From IMG/VR virus record IMGVR_UViG_3300020258_000006, positions 1 through 56,474 of that record: 56,474 nucleotides of DNA; one strand, 5' to 3'. The DNA is from a virus. Taxonomy: Duplodnaviria > Caudoviricetes. Shown here piece after piece: positions 16,574 through 27,895 of this stretch. The notes beneath the pieces are model-generated. The model was given only the letters and a program-made list of their open reading frames with translations. It ran no database searches and was not told the DNA's origin. Each line of letters starts with the position of its first letter. The stretch's first letter is position 1. A program made the translations under genes and the position numbers.

Positions 16574-19500
16574 TTATTTTAAATTAGCGTCTTGCACTGC
16601 GTAAGGTATATTATACTTTTGAGGTTCTGCTTTCGCAAACTCTTTAGCTAAAGGCAATGCGTTCTTTTTTATATCCGATACAGATGGATATATAGTAAAT
16701 TCTCTTCCAAATTGATCTTCATATGTTTGAGGATCTGGCTTACCAAATATTATGTCGTTAGCAATTAAGGCTTGTACAGCCATATTAAACACCTGTGTTT
16801 CTCTTCGAGGTTCTAACATAACTCCTGATTCAACCATATCTAAAAATATTCTTCCTACCTCTGGACTACCCAACAGTAGTTTTAAAGTGCTAAAATTTCT
16901 TATTCTCATCTGTTGGAGCAGTGCTTCTGTACCCACATATTGATAGCCAACAACTTGTCTTCTTAACGCATAAAATCTACTAATCCAACTTTCAGGAGAA
17001 AAAGGTCTAGGCACTCCTCTTAAATCTAATTCAGCACCCCTAGCTTTATTGTTTTCTAAAAACTGCACCACTCTTTTGTAATAGTTTAATCTTCTCTCAG
17101 CACCTGAAGCATCATTTCCTACTCTTAATACTTCTAAAAACATTTCTTCTCTTTGAGGATTATTAAATCCAATAATTTCTTTTAGTTTTTCTATATCAAA
17201 TTCTAACTCTGGAAGCAGTTGATCAGGGTTTTTTGGATTTACATCGTATCTGCCTGTGGCTTTCATAGTATTTCTATCTATGTAATCTATAACTAAATTG
17301 TAAACTATTTGATCTACTTGTGTATCTGTGTACTTATTACCTAATCGTAATTTATCTTTAAAAGCTTTTACTCCTCCCATTCCACTATCTAAAAGAACTT
17401 TTCCTGCATCATCAGATATTTGATCTGTTTTTGAAAACATTTTAAGAATCTCTATACCTTCTAACATACCTTTTTTAACTACTTCAGCATTATTTTCTAC
17501 TTCTCTAAACGCTGCGTTATAGGCTGCATTAAAATCTTTATCTGCTCTAATTCTAATTTCTTCAGGAATAGTGTTGCTGTTCCAACCTATGGTTTGATCT
17601 TGAATTTTACCAACATCTACTAAACGTATAGGGTTACCGTTTTGGTCTACTTTGCCTGTTGAAAATATTTCTTCTAAGTTTCTTAACTTCTGGTTAAATT
17701 CAAAAACATCCCCCTTTTTATACGCATCGGTTTGTACAAATTTAGCAAAGTGTTCTGCTATCATTGCTTCAACTACATCTTGAACAGCATTAGCCATGTC
17801 TGTTCCTTCTATTAATTCATATCGATTCGTAGTTGGATTATATGTTCCCACCATTTGTAAAAAACTTTGCCATTCTATTTTGTCATCTTCTAAAGTTTCA
17901 TCCGTCATTTTAGATATGTTAAACCAGTTGTGACTATGTGCTTTGCTATTTGCAGGAACATTCTTTTGCACACCAATTGGATTAGCGGCATTTGTAACTA
18001 CTTCTGGACTACGTTCAGTCCAAGCAAATTTTTGTGAATTTAAAGGATTGTCATAAAATATTAATCTATGTTGTTGCCACTCTCTATTAGCTGTTTCTCT
18101 GATTTGTGTAACAGGAACATTTACTATTTCTCCGTTTTCATTTTTAACTCTCATAGATAATTTTTCAATAAAAACTTTATTTCCGTTTACATCTTTAACA
18201 TAAAATTGAGTTTGTAATTGATCTAACTGTCCTATTATAAGATCAAACTCTTCTACCTTACTAAAGTTACCTGCTTTGTACGCTTTGTTTTTTTGATTTT
18301 TTAAAGTGTTTGTAAATTGATTTAAAGTTTGGTAGCTCATAGGTATTATTTCAGTTGCATTTCCACCTTTTAATTGTGCAAGTTTTCTTAATCCTGCTAT
18401 TATTTTAACATCGTCACTAATGCCTTGCATTTTAAATATAGCATTATATTCTTTTTCAGGAAGTGCTGCCTGTAAACTTTTTTTAGTTCCGTTTTTAATG
18501 TCTCTTACTGATACTTTAACTTCAGGAGTAGACGCTGCTAATGCTTGATTTTCAAAAAATATATCACCATAAGTTTTAAAAATTTGATTTATTCTACTTT
18601 TTTCTCCTACACTCAATGTTTCATTGTTCATTGCTTTTAATAGATCTAAACTTGTGCCATCAGGAAACGCTTCTTTTTGACCCATAGCAAACAGAGCATC
18701 TAATACAATGCCGCCATCGACTCTAGGAACTCCTGATATAACTTTTCCGTTTTTATCTACAAACTCTCCTCGATCTAGTTTTTTAAATAAATAACCTGCA
18801 GTTGCTTTGTTAACACTGGCCGCAACTTCTGCTATGGCATTTAACATGTGATGAGGTTTTGTCATAGATTCTGGTCTAACAGGTAAAGTTCCACCTATTG
18901 CTCCTTTTTCTGTTATAGGAGTTACGTTTGCTTCTATTGATAAATTAGTTTGACTACCATTTGGTAAAGTAGTTTTTACTTCTTTTTTAGAACTTAAAAG
19001 TTTTTTAGTGCTGTTTAATGCTAATTGATTAGTTGTAAAATTTGTTTGTATTTCTTTTACTTTTGCTGATATTGCTTGTAAAGGAACTTTTTGAGCATCT
19101 ATTTCTATTGTTTTTAAAACATCGTACATTCCAATTTTAGGCACTATATCTAATTCAATCAGTCTATCTATGGCTTGTGCTAATTGTGTTTCTACCGTGG
19201 AGTTCATACGTGCAACGTTTTGACCTAAATCTTCATATATTTGACTTCTAAGAGCATCTTTCATTAATTCTGTTAAAAGAGCCATATCGTCTTTAGTTTG
19301 AAGTATTTGATTTTCATAATATTTTATACTGTCATCTACTATTGTTTGTAAACTTACTGCTTGATCTGTAGCAGGATCTATTACTGGTTTCATATCTCCT
19401 ATGTTTGCAGAAATATTTTTAAGTTCTGTTAATAATTGATCTTGTTGAGTCAAAGCTTCTTCTAAATTTGCTATCTGTCCACTTTTTATTTGACTAACAT

Positions 19501-21691
19501 TTATGTCTAATCTTGTTTGTTCGGAGATAATTTGATATGTTCCTAAACCTAATATTCTATCAAATGCCCCTACAACAATCTCTGGGTCGCCCCCTTCTGC
19601 TAGTAAAGCATCTTGAATTTCTCTGTACATGCCACCTCTAGCAAGTATTCCTTTCGCAAATTCAGCGTCATAACTGTTTATAGTTTTAGCTATCCATTCG
19701 GCAGCAGTAGAAGGTTTTACAATTTTACCTAATGTTCTAGGAAATTGTGACCACCCTTTTTCTTTTATGTACCTTGTAACAGCAAAAGCAGATCCTTTAG
19801 ATATTTCAGCTAATATACCTGAGATCATACCTAATCCTTCTCCCATGCCGGGGTTACTACTAAGTATATTTTGAGATATTTCACCACCTGCTACACCTCC
19901 TAAAAGAACAAAAGTATCTGAAACGTTTGAATCTCTTACATATTTAGGTGTTGCACTTTTTATAATAGAAGTTTCTAATTTCTTTTGAGCAAAATTAAGA
20001 TCGCTTTCTAAATCTTCTAGTATTTTCTTTTCCTTTTCTCCTACAAACTTACCACTTTTGTGTATATTTTCCATTCTATTTTTTTGGCTTTCGATTCTTT
20101 TTTCTATTCCCTTAATAAGATTTTGAGATTGTATAACTTCTGCTCTAAGATTAGCAGGAAGTGCCGCATCTTCTATTTGAAATCCATCTCTTAATTTTCC
20201 AGTTAACTTACTTTTATCAAGAGTCGATAATAGAGGTATAGTCTGTGCATAGCTAGAAAGTAATCCATTATTAGCGTATTGTATTTTTAATTCTACGTAT
20301 TCTTTTATAGCTTCTCCCTGTGGCATATCCTTAGGTATTGCACCGTTTGCTCTAGCTGATTTATACCACTCGTTAAATTCTGCTACTTCTCTTTTACCTT
20401 TTAAAAATCTACTAGCTGTAACAACTTTACTTGGAAGCACAGCTTCTGTGTACACTCCTGCCACTCTTCCCCCAAGATTAAAATAGTATCTAGATAAATA
20501 CTCAGCAGTAGCTAAATCAATATTAATACCCCCTTGAGCTAATTCATTTTGTAGTTTACTAGGCATGTCTAAAACTATTCTATCTATAAGTCGTGATCTT
20601 CCCTTAGACGTTGCTATACTATTATCTTTATCTACAACATCAGCAAATAAATTATATATCTCGCCTACTCCCATAAAACTTAATTGTAAAGGAAATCTCG
20701 CTACATCTCTTGCAACTCCTTGTAAGTTTTGAAGATCACCAAAGCCATGAAAAGATTGTCTGTACTTTATGATACCTAAACGAGTTCTAGGGTCTGTTAC
20801 ACCTTGTTCTATAAGTTTAGCATTTAACACCGCAGCAAACAAAGGTTTTCTTACTTCGTCTTTGTCTCCTGTGCCACCTAATATCTGTCTCATAAATTTT
20901 GGAAAATGATTAGGAACACCAGAATATAAAGCTATACTAGCATCTTTTCCTAAACTTTTTAAGAGGTCGCTCCCTTCAACTCCCGGTATATTTATGCCTA
21001 TTATTTGTGAAAGAGCTTTATCACTAAACGATATTTCATTTGCTAAAGCATTATCCCACGGTATAGTGAAGGTGTAATTTTGATTTAGATCTTTGTCTTT
21101 TACGCTTAGAGCAACAATTCCTAATTTATCTATTTTATTTATTCTTTGTTCTAGTGTATCATTTTCACTAAAAATAGCAGACGGAACAGTTCCACCTACT
21201 AAGTTTTTATCAAATCCTGCTGTAGCGTTCATTATTTGGTACACAGCATTTTCATTGTTTAAATCCATAGTTTCTCTTACAGATATGTATGGGGTAATTA
21301 AACTTGGATCTGTTATAACTTTTCTAGATTCTTTTTGTTCTAAAAATTTACCAAATAAAGGTAAATTCATAGGTTCAAAAGTTTCTTCTGCACCTCCTGT
21401 TAAATTCTTTTTTTCTACTCTAAAATTATTCCAAAAATCATCAAACTTATTGCCTGTTTCCTTTGCTTTTTTAGGAGCAAAATATTGTATTAAAGTGTCA
21501 CTAAGAGAAGGTCCTTTTTCTACTGCAGGAGTAGGAACTTCAGGAAAAGCAGGAGGTGAAATTTTACCGTCATCTGTTTCGGTAAACACTTGTCCTTTAA
21601 GGGCTGTTGTTATATCTGCATCTACTTTAAACTTATCTCTATCTTCATAAGTTAAAAAGTTTAAATCTTCTGGTTTGTTTAAAGTTCCCAT
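16574..21691 (-). CDS. Large internal virion (ejection) protein
   Basis: 1705 aa, helical, position at the end of the podovirus late module. Confidence 0.6.
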   Translation of the reverse strand: MGTLNKPEDLNFLTYEDRDKFKVDADITTALKGQVFTETDDGKISPPAFPEVPTPAVEKGPSLSDTLIQYFAPKKAKETGNKFDDFWNNFRVEKKNLTGGAEETFEPMNLPLFGKFLEQKESRKVITDPSLITPYISVRETMDLNNENAVYQIMNATAGFDKNLVGGTVPSAIFSENDTLEQRINKIDKLGIVALSVKDKDLNQNYTFTIPWDNALANEISFSDKALSQIIGINIPGVEGSDLLKSLGKDASIALYSGVPNHFPKFMRQILGGTGDKDEVRKPLFAAVLNAKLIEQGVTDPRTRLGIIKYRQSFHGFGDLQNLQGVARDVARFPLQLSFMGVGEIYNLFADVVDKDNSIATSKGRSRLIDRIVLDMPSKLQNELAQGGINIDLATAEYLSRYYFNLGGRVAGVYTEAVLPSKVVTASRFLKGKREVAEFNEWYKSARANGAIPKDMPQGEAIKEYVELKIQYANNGLLSSYAQTIPLLSTLDKSKLTGKLRDGFQIEDAALPANLRAEVIQSQNLIKGIEKRIESQKNRMENIHKSGKFVGEKEKKILEDLESDLNFAQKKLETSIIKSATPKYVRDSNVSDTFVLLGGVAGGEISQNILSSNPGMGEGLGMISGILAEISKGSAFAVTRYIKEKGWSQFPRTLGKIVKPSTAAEWIAKTINSYDAEFAKGILARGGMYREIQDALLAEGGDPEIVVGAFDRILGLGTYQIISEQTRLDINVSQIKSGQIANLEEALTQQDQLLTELKNISANIGDMKPVIDPATDQAVSLQTIVDDSIKYYENQILQTKDDMALLTELMKDALRSQIYEDLGQNVARMNSTVETQLAQAIDRLIELDIVPKIGMYDVLKTIEIDAQKVPLQAISAKVKEIQTNFTTNQLALNSTKKLLSSKKEVKTTLPNGSQTNLSIEANVTPITEKGAIGGTLPVRPESMTKPHHMLNAIAEVAASVNKATAGYLFKKLDRGEFVDKNGKVISGVPRVDGGIVLDALFAMGQKEAFPDGTSLDLLKAMNNETLSVGEKSRINQIFKTYGDIFFENQALAASTPEVKVSVRDIKNGTKKSLQAALPEKEYNAIFKMQGISDDVKIIAGLRKLAQLKGGNATEIIPMSYQTLNQFTNTLKNQKNKAYKAGNFSKVEEFDLIIGQLDQLQTQFYVKDVNGNKVFIEKLSMRVKNENGEIVNVPVTQIRETANREWQQHRLIFYDNPLNSQKFAWTERSPEVVTNAANPIGVQKNVPANSKAHSHNWFNISKMTDETLEDDKIEWQSFLQMVGTYNPTTNRYELIEGTDMANAVQDVVEAMIAEHFAKFVQTDAYKKGDVFEFNQKLRNLEEIFSTGKVDQNGNPIRLVDVGKIQDQTIGWNSNTIPEEIRIRADKDFNAAYNAAFREVENNAEVVKKGMLEGIEILKMFSKTDQISDDAGKVLLDSGMGGVKAFKDKLRLGNKYTDTQVDQIVYNLVIDYIDRNTMKATGRYDVNPKNPDQLLPELEFDIEKLKEIIGFNNPQREEMFLEVLRVGNDASGAERRLNYYKRVVQFLENNKARGAELDLRGVPRPFSPESWISRFYALRRQVVGYQYVGTEALLQQMRIRNFSTLKLLLGSPEVGRIFLDMVESGVMLEPRRETQVFNMAVQALIANDIIFGKPDPQTYEDQFGREFTIYPSVSDIKKNALPLAKEFAKAEPQKYNIPYAVQDANLK

Positions 21692-21699
21692 GTATTGAC

Positions 21700-24600
21700 C
21701 TAACCTGTTGCCGTTGTCATGCTGTTCATAATGTCGTTAAATTGATTTTGATACTTTTTAATTAAATCATCGTCACTTAAATTGTCATCTTGTGGACTAT
21801 AAATGCCATCTGCTTGTAAATTTCTTTTAAGTATATTTATAATTTTAGATTTATTTTCAGGTAGCACATTGTCTAAAGTTTTAGGCTCTAACGCATTTGA
21901 GCCTGTTCTAAGTTCACTGCCCTCTTCTTTTATAGCATGTGCAATCATTTCAGATGTTAATGGTTTTCTGAGTCCAAATCCATAATCCTTTAAAAGTTCT
22001 TCTGCACGATAAGCAGCAGCTCCATTTAGACCACCTTCACCTTTAGCTTTTGCAAATGCTTCAATTGTTTTCATCATTTTTAATGCAGCCTGTAGCGAGT
22101 ATACTTCAGTTTCAGCACTCTTAAATATACCAAAGTTAAACGCTCTTAAAATGTTTTGAACGTCTTGGTCAGAAATTGTTCTACCACCTGTGCCACCTTG
22201 AATTGCCGCGGCCATTTGATAAGCTAACATATATTTAAAATATTCTCGTTGTGCTAATCTTTTTGTTTTTTCAGTTGTAGCAGAACTTAGTTTGCGTATA
22301 ATACCGTTTTTTATCTTTTGATTGTAATCTCTAGCAGCTTCTAATTTTTTTATTTCTGCTTGTGATAGGTTAAGGCTTGGATCATCTAATATAGAAGTAA
22401 ATTCACCGATAGCTTCATCAAAAGACTTTACCATATCTTGGTTGTTGTCCAAAGATAAAATTGATTTTACACTGTCTGGAACACCTACAATTTGAGATGC
22501 TATAGTTAATGCACCCTTAGTGCTTAAATACAAATTAGCTTGCCATGAGTTTAAATTAATAAAATTACCAGACTCATCAAAGTATGTTTGTATCATATCC
22601 TGTAGCGTTTGAATAGCCGTTGCGGCAGCGTCTGCTCTTTGGGAGTGATTAGTTTTTACTTTGTCTATTTCGTTAGTTCCTATACCTATATTTCTTAAAA
22701 CATTACCATCTATTTGACCTACCATTCTCATGTATGCAGTGCTACCATTTAATTGTCTAGGTATAAAAGTCTTTACAAAAGATATAGCTTGAGTGGCATT
22801 ACCGTTTGCTGCTTCTGCTAACATAGCTCCTATTTCATTTTTCATGTCTTGATTTATGTCATAGTCATCAAGAACGTTTGTCATAGGTTTAGCTAAAAAT
22901 TTACCAAATAACTCTAGTTGTGATCTACCTGTTCCTGTTTCTATGGTTTTTGATAGGTTATCATACATATCTAGAAAAGGTTGATTGTCAGCAGGAACTG
23001 CGTATTTTTTACCGTCTGCTCCTTCTTGTTTTATAATTTTTCCTGTTCTTTCATCCTTTTTATATACTATGTGATTTGCTACTATTTCTGTTCTTTTCTT
23101 TATAGCTTCAGGACTTGTTTCGCTTCCCCAAATGCCAGACTTATCATTAGCAAATCTTTTAAATACTTCGTGATAATTATTAGGAAGAAGCACAGGAACT
23201 ATTGAACTTATAATTTCATCATTTTGTTCTGAAGTTACAACAGCAGTAGAAACTGTACTAACATTAGGGATGTTTACATTTTGGTTTGTGTAAGAAAGCA
23301 CATTGTCTTCTTCTCTTTCTATTGCCGTACCCATAGCTAAATCATATGCATTAGCAAAACCTTTTACTTTAAAAAACGTAGGCAATTGCTGTTTTAACCA
23401 AGCACTTCCTTGTAATTGAAAATTAAAATTAATTTGTTCAGTGCCTTGTGGATTATCTCTATCTGCAGTATAATTTGTAGCTTCAAATACCATTGCGGCC
23501 AGCATTTGTTCTCGTAATCGTATACCTTTTTCTGTGTCAGCATTAAGTTCTTTTACAATACTTTCGTTAGTTAATAGATTACTAAATCTTTGTAAATTAA
23601 CAGAGCTTCCAGCTTTAGAGTCTTTTGTTTGTAATGGAAATTGTATTGGTTGATTAGTGGTTGAGTCTAGAGTTTCAAAAACAATAGGAGAACCAAATTC
23701 GCTTTGTTCTTGAACATTGTTAGCATCACTAGCTAAACTATCTAATTCACTAATACTTGCAGATGTAGCAGTATTTAGGTTATCAGTGGAATCACTTTTT
23801 AGAGTAAATATATTACCACTTACAGGCATATACTTATCAGGGTTGTCTTTATAGTCTTTAAACAAAATATATTCTGTCTTACCATTAGGTTTACCTTCAA
23901 CTATTTTTTGAACATCTATATAACTGTTTTCTGATATATTTTCCTTTTGCTCTATTAAAGTTATATTTCCCACGCTTATTGGCTGACCTGTAATATCTAC
24001 TTTAGTATCTTCTAGTTTCTGTATTTCTTTATCAAAACCTAATTTTTTTAGTTCTGCTTGAGAATCAGCTATCTTTGATTCTCCTTCGTTATTAAATCCT
24101 CTAAACAAAGTAGTTGTGATAGCTTCTTTTTTTGTTTCATATTCGCTCAAAGGAGTGGCTGTTGCAGATGCAAAACCTGTTATTATTTTACCTTTTTTAG
24201 TAACGTTTTTTGAATATATTAAAACATCTGTGTCACTTGCACCTGCTGCTACTAACCTACCTTTTACTTTTTTAGCATGAACAATTGCTTTATATAAATC
24301 ATCAAAGACTTTACCACTAACTGTAAATTCTTGTGTAGTTGTAGATTCTGCAGCAGGTGGCTCATACAAAATCTCTCTAGTTCCTGCTACAATTCTAGGT
24401 AGGGTTTTACCTTCGTCTTCATATTGAACGTTACCGTCTAACGTTTGAGCATCAAACATATAAACAGCTTCATCAATTTCCTTGTTCTTTATCTTCTCGG
24501 CTATATCATTATAACTAACAAAAGCACCTTTATATTGATAAACTTTGTTTTTACCTTTTCTAGCAAGTTGAATTTTTTCCTGATCTGCTAAAACTTCTTC

Positions 24601-25284
24601 AAGATTAGTTAATGTTGTAGTTACAGTCGATTGATTATTTTTATCTGTTTTTGTTACTTCATTAAATATATGAGGTAAAACACCTTCATTTTCTTTTACT
24701 TGAAAATAAGTTATTGCATCATATTTTTTATTAGGAAACTTAGGATTTATAAATATTTGTTTTGTTGTTTCTGTCGGCTCTATTTCTTTTTCAAAAAATC
24801 CCGGTATCAATGCATTAAGAACTTTATCACTAGGTAGGTAATCTTGCCCTGATAAACTTCTTTGTCCAACTGTTATAAAAGTTTCAGGATTTACTACATC
24901 TTCTTCACTAACAAATCCTTCATTAACATACAGATTGTTTTTTAAACGAGTATCAATTTCTGGTCTAGTAACAAAATCATTCATATGAGGATCGTGATAC
25001 AATGTCTGATATTGTTTTTTATTTTCATCTGGATAATCAACACTAAAAGGTGCAGCATTGCCCACCTTTACCTGTAAGACTTTAAAACCCTCTTGAGGAT
25101 AGGTTGTATCTCCTAAATCATAAGACTTAAAACTTTTTTTCCCTGTCTCTTGATCCGTAAATATTCCGTAATGCGTTTCTCTATTTTCTGCTATAGACTT
25201 TGCTTCAGCCGCAGCTTGTTCTCGTTTTGATTTTGATCTAACAGAAGCTGCATACATTAACCCTGATAATAGTGTTATACCCAT
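21700..25284 (-). CDS. Internal virion (ejection) protein
   Basis: 1194 aa; C-terminal GGRTISDQDV motif; synteny. Confidence 0.55.
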   Translation of the reverse strand: MGITLLSGLMYAASVRSKSKREQAAAEAKSIAENRETHYGIFTDQETGKKSFKSYDLGDTTYPQEGFKVLQVKVGNAAPFSVDYPDENKKQYQTLYHDPHMNDFVTRPEIDTRLKNNLYVNEGFVSEEDVVNPETFITVGQRSLSGQDYLPSDKVLNALIPGFFEKEIEPTETTKQIFINPKFPNKKYDAITYFQVKENEGVLPHIFNEVTKTDKNNQSTVTTTLTNLEEVLADQEKIQLARKGKNKVYQYKGAFVSYNDIAEKIKNKEIDEAVYMFDAQTLDGNVQYEDEGKTLPRIVAGTREILYEPPAAESTTTQEFTVSGKVFDDLYKAIVHAKKVKGRLVAAGASDTDVLIYSKNVTKKGKIITGFASATATPLSEYETKKEAITTTLFRGFNNEGESKIADSQAELKKLGFDKEIQKLEDTKVDITGQPISVGNITLIEQKENISENSYIDVQKIVEGKPNGKTEYILFKDYKDNPDKYMPVSGNIFTLKSDSTDNLNTATSASISELDSLASDANNVQEQSEFGSPIVFETLDSTTNQPIQFPLQTKDSKAGSSVNLQRFSNLLTNESIVKELNADTEKGIRLREQMLAAMVFEATNYTADRDNPQGTEQINFNFQLQGSAWLKQQLPTFFKVKGFANAYDLAMGTAIEREEDNVLSYTNQNVNIPNVSTVSTAVVTSEQNDEIISSIVPVLLPNNYHEVFKRFANDKSGIWGSETSPEAIKKRTEIVANHIVYKKDERTGKIIKQEGADGKKYAVPADNQPFLDMYDNLSKTIETGTGRSQLELFGKFLAKPMTNVLDDYDINQDMKNEIGAMLAEAANGNATQAISFVKTFIPRQLNGSTAYMRMVGQIDGNVLRNIGIGTNEIDKVKTNHSQRADAAATAIQTLQDMIQTYFDESGNFINLNSWQANLYLSTKGALTIASQIVGVPDSVKSILSLDNNQDMVKSFDEAIGEFTSILDDPSLNLSQAEIKKLEAARDYNQKIKNGIIRKLSSATTEKTKRLAQREYFKYMLAYQMAAAIQGGTGGRTISDQDVQNILRAFNFGIFKSAETEVYSLQAALKMMKTIEAFAKAKGEGGLNGAAAYRAEELLKDYGFGLRKPLTSEMIAHAIKEEGSELRTGSNALEPKTLDNVLPENKSKIINILKRNLQADGIYSPQDDNLSDDDLIKKYQNQFNDIMNSMTTATG

Positions 25285-25285
25285 T

Positions 25286-25813
25286 TTATTCCTCTGCTCT
25301 TAAAAAACTATTTTGCTTTAGGTTATCTTCTTTTAATTCACCTTGAACGGCTTCATCTACTTTTAATCTTTGCCTTTCGTTTATTTCTTCATTCATAGCA
25401 TCAAACATCTTTGGATTTCTTTCTTTTAGAATAGCAAAAAACGATTGGTCATTAAATTGTTCTTGTTCATCTTCTACAAATAACTGAGGTTCAAATCCCT
25501 CTCTTTCTGCAGCATCCATTAAATATATAGCTACAGCAGGTTTTATGAGTTCAGCAACATCAGGAGTATATGCCCCTGCTAAAAATCCTTTAAAAGCTAT
25601 TTGTGCTACAACTTCTTCAACTGTTATACCTGCAAGCAATGCTTTCATAATTTCTTCATGTGCTTGTTTATCTCTAAGTTTATCTATAACAAAATCTACA
25701 GCATCATCAGGATTAGAAAATTGTGCAGGATTTTCCCAAGGGTAACCTTGTGGTGCATCTGTTAATGAATGTCCGGGGGGAGCCGCAAGAGCCGTAAGTT
25801 TATCCATCTCCAT
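25286..25813 (-). CDS. Virion-associated protein (PGHSLT..P..YPWENP motif)
   Basis: Motif typical of marine podovirus ejection-module proteins; coupled ORF. Confidence 0.55.
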   Translation of the reverse strand: MEMDKLTALAAPPGHSLTDAPQGYPWENPAQFSNPDDAVDFVIDKLRDKQAHEEIMKALLAGITVEEVVAQIAFKGFLAGAYTPDVAELIKPAVAIYLMDAAEREGFEPQLFVEDEQEQFNDQSFFAILKERNPKMFDAMNEEINERQRLKVDEAVQGELKEDNLKQNSFLRAEE

Positions 25814-26286
25814 TATGTTGTCTCCGTTTTAGCTTCTGCTTTACTTTTGTAAAGTTTTGGACTAGGTTTAGCCGCTAGGTTAACACCAAAGTTAGGTCTA
25901 GGTGAGTTTATTTGTGGTAACCTAGCTGTTGTATACCTGTCTATAAGTTTATTTCTAATTTTAGGATTACCTAATGCATTTTGTACAAATTGATTATTGC
26001 CCATAGGAAAGTTAGCAGCGCCATATCTTTTTGATCTTACACCAAACCCTCCACCTACAGGATCTGCGTCTGGTAGATCACTCATCTCTAAAGGTTTTTT
26101 CGGTATTACCCCTGTTTTTCCAGTTAAAATATTTGTTATTCCTTTATCTAGAAATCCACCTACTAAGGGTATGCCTTTTACTGTTTGTTGAAAACCTGAT
26201 GTGTAACTGTCAGCTACCACAGGTAGTACATTTTCTCTAAACAAGCTTCCTCCTAATGATAGGACAGCTCTTTTAAATAGATTCAT
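25813..26286 (-). CDS. Small internal virion protein (putative)
   Basis: Gly-rich amphipathic N-terminus, basic C-terminus; synteny. Confidence 0.5.
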   Translation of the reverse strand: MNLFKRAVLSLGGSLFRENVLPVVADSYTSGFQQTVKGIPLVGGFLDKGITNILTGKTGVIPKKPLEMSDLPDADPVGGGFGVRSKRYGAANFPMGNNQFVQNALGNPKIRNKLIDRYTTARLPQINSPRPNFGVNLAAKPSPKLYKSKAEAKTETT

Positions 26287-26298
26287 TTTATTATACCT

Positions 26299-27654
26299 TT
26301 ATGTAAAAAAATTATCAATTGTTTTCATAATTAAAAAGTCATCAAACTTTTGGTTATATATAGCCATATTGTTAGAAATTTGAGCCGCTTGCATAGATGC
26401 ATTATGGGCCCTATCTTTTGCACTTTCAGATATTTGTACATTCCAAGATGCGTAATCTCTATAAGCTTGCCATATATTATTTAAAGCGTTTTGATTTATG
26501 TTCAATAGATTTAAAACGTTTTGTCTGTTGGCTTCGTTTTGAGCTGCAGTATTAGCTGTGTTTACATTACGTCTCCACACAGCATTACTTTGATTTATTT
26601 GTATTTGATTTGCCGCATTAAATTGATCATTTTGAGTTTGAATTTGGGCAGCAAATTGTCGCATAGCTGTATCTTGAGATATATTATATTGGTCTGCGGC
26701 CAAAGCTCTGTTTAATGTAAGAGTTTCAACTTGCACTCCTAACTCATCATAAAACTTCATTAGTTCATTTTGAGTTTTAGTGTTAATCTGTTTTGCTGTA
26801 TTGTTTGCTTTTTGATCACTTAAAATAGCTGTCATTAATGATTGGTATTTTAAAGTGTTAGTTGCCTGTTCGTTAGTTAAATTTTGTACATCTATAGTTA
26901 AAAAAGCTTTTGCATTATTAACATTAGCCATTTGCCTATTATCTAAATTCTTTGTGTCCATTGCGGCAACGGCCGCGGCATTTTGTAAGATAGCTTGGTT
27001 TTTAGCAGATTGATTTGCTAGCTGTAAAGTTGCGTATGCTTTTGCATCATTTAAAGCTATGGGTATACCTGCTTCCATTGCGGCCGTAACTTGAGCTGCC
27101 GCGGCCATACTAGAACTTCCTAACCCTCTAGCGTTCATTATAGAGTTAACTTTTCTCATTGCTGGAGATAACCACGGTGGGGGTGGTTTACCTTCCTCTA
27201 TGGTACTAAAAAGTTGTTCTAATTGATACCTTCCTGTAGCTCTAGGATCAAGTTCAGCAGTATCTGCTTTAGCCATAGCTTCAGGAGATAGCTCTCCTTG
27301 AGCGGCATCCATAATAGCCCCTTCCGATACTTTTCCTTTTGCCGCATCAAACTCTGCATCTTTTGTTTTTTGAGTCGCAGAAGTGTCAGCATCATAGGTT
27401 GCGGCATCTTTAGGTTGTATAGGTGTTTGTGTGTAATCATCAGCATTTAATTGTTTTGCATCGCCTATATCTGGAGCAACTGTTTTTGTTCCCCCTGCTA
27501 CAGATGGATCGTCAAGTAGTTCGTTGTCATCTACTGTTATATCTTTAGGTTTTATTTTTTCACTGTCTTTTAACGTAGTCTGCTTAGACTTGTCTTCCAT
27601 TGTAGTCTTAGCGTCTGAAAAAGCATTGTTTGTTGTTGTGTCGTCTTCAGCCAT
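26299..27654 (-). CDS. Internal virion / DNA ejection protein
   Basis: ARGLGSSSMAAAA motif followed by Q/N/A-rich coiled coil. Confidence 0.65.
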   Translation of the reverse strand: MAEDDTTTNNAFSDAKTTMEDKSKQTTLKDSEKIKPKDITVDDNELLDDPSVAGGTKTVAPDIGDAKQLNADDYTQTPIQPKDAATYDADTSATQKTKDAEFDAAKGKVSEGAIMDAAQGELSPEAMAKADTAELDPRATGRYQLEQLFSTIEEGKPPPPWLSPAMRKVNSIMNARGLGSSSMAAAAQVTAAMEAGIPIALNDAKAYATLQLANQSAKNQAILQNAAAVAAMDTKNLDNRQMANVNNAKAFLTIDVQNLTNEQATNTLKYQSLMTAILSDQKANNTAKQINTKTQNELMKFYDELGVQVETLTLNRALAADQYNISQDTAMRQFAAQIQTQNDQFNAANQIQINQSNAVWRRNVNTANTAAQNEANRQNVLNLLNINQNALNNIWQAYRDYASWNVQISESAKDRAHNASMQAAQISNNMAIYNQKFDDFLIMKTIDNFFT

Positions 27655-27656
27655 AG

Positions 27657-27887
27657 TTATTTACCTATTAGTATCTTATCTAGTTTATCTTCTAATCTTT
27701 GAAGAGCATCCATTACAGTATGCATATCTTCTTTAACGTCATCACGTTTAGCATACTCTTCTCTTGTTTTATTTAACAATATATCTAATCTTTTCATCTC
27801 TGACAGCACACTACGAAACATCCATATAGCAGGTGCTATAATGAGTGTAAGAACTCCATTCCAAAATAGTATAGGGCTTATTTCCAT
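27657..27887 (-). CDS. Small membrane-anchored coiled-coil protein
   Basis: N-terminal TM segment, REEYAKRDD...LQRLEDKLD. Confidence 0.6.
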   Translation of the reverse strand: MEISPILFWNGVLTLIIAPAIWMFRSVLSEMKRLDILLNKTREEYAKRDDVKEDMHTVMDALQRLEDKLDKILIGK

Positions 27888-27895
27888 AGTTTATC

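Noticed and set aside
16574-25284. Virion RNA polymerase in the two giant ORFs
   Set aside because: No DxDGD or T7/N4-type polymerase motifs recognised; position and composition fit ejection proteins
26208-26230. GTCAGCTACC match to the scaffold-UTR hairpin
   Set aside because: Opposite strand, inside a CDS, and lacks the 3' URG-CC-CUG half
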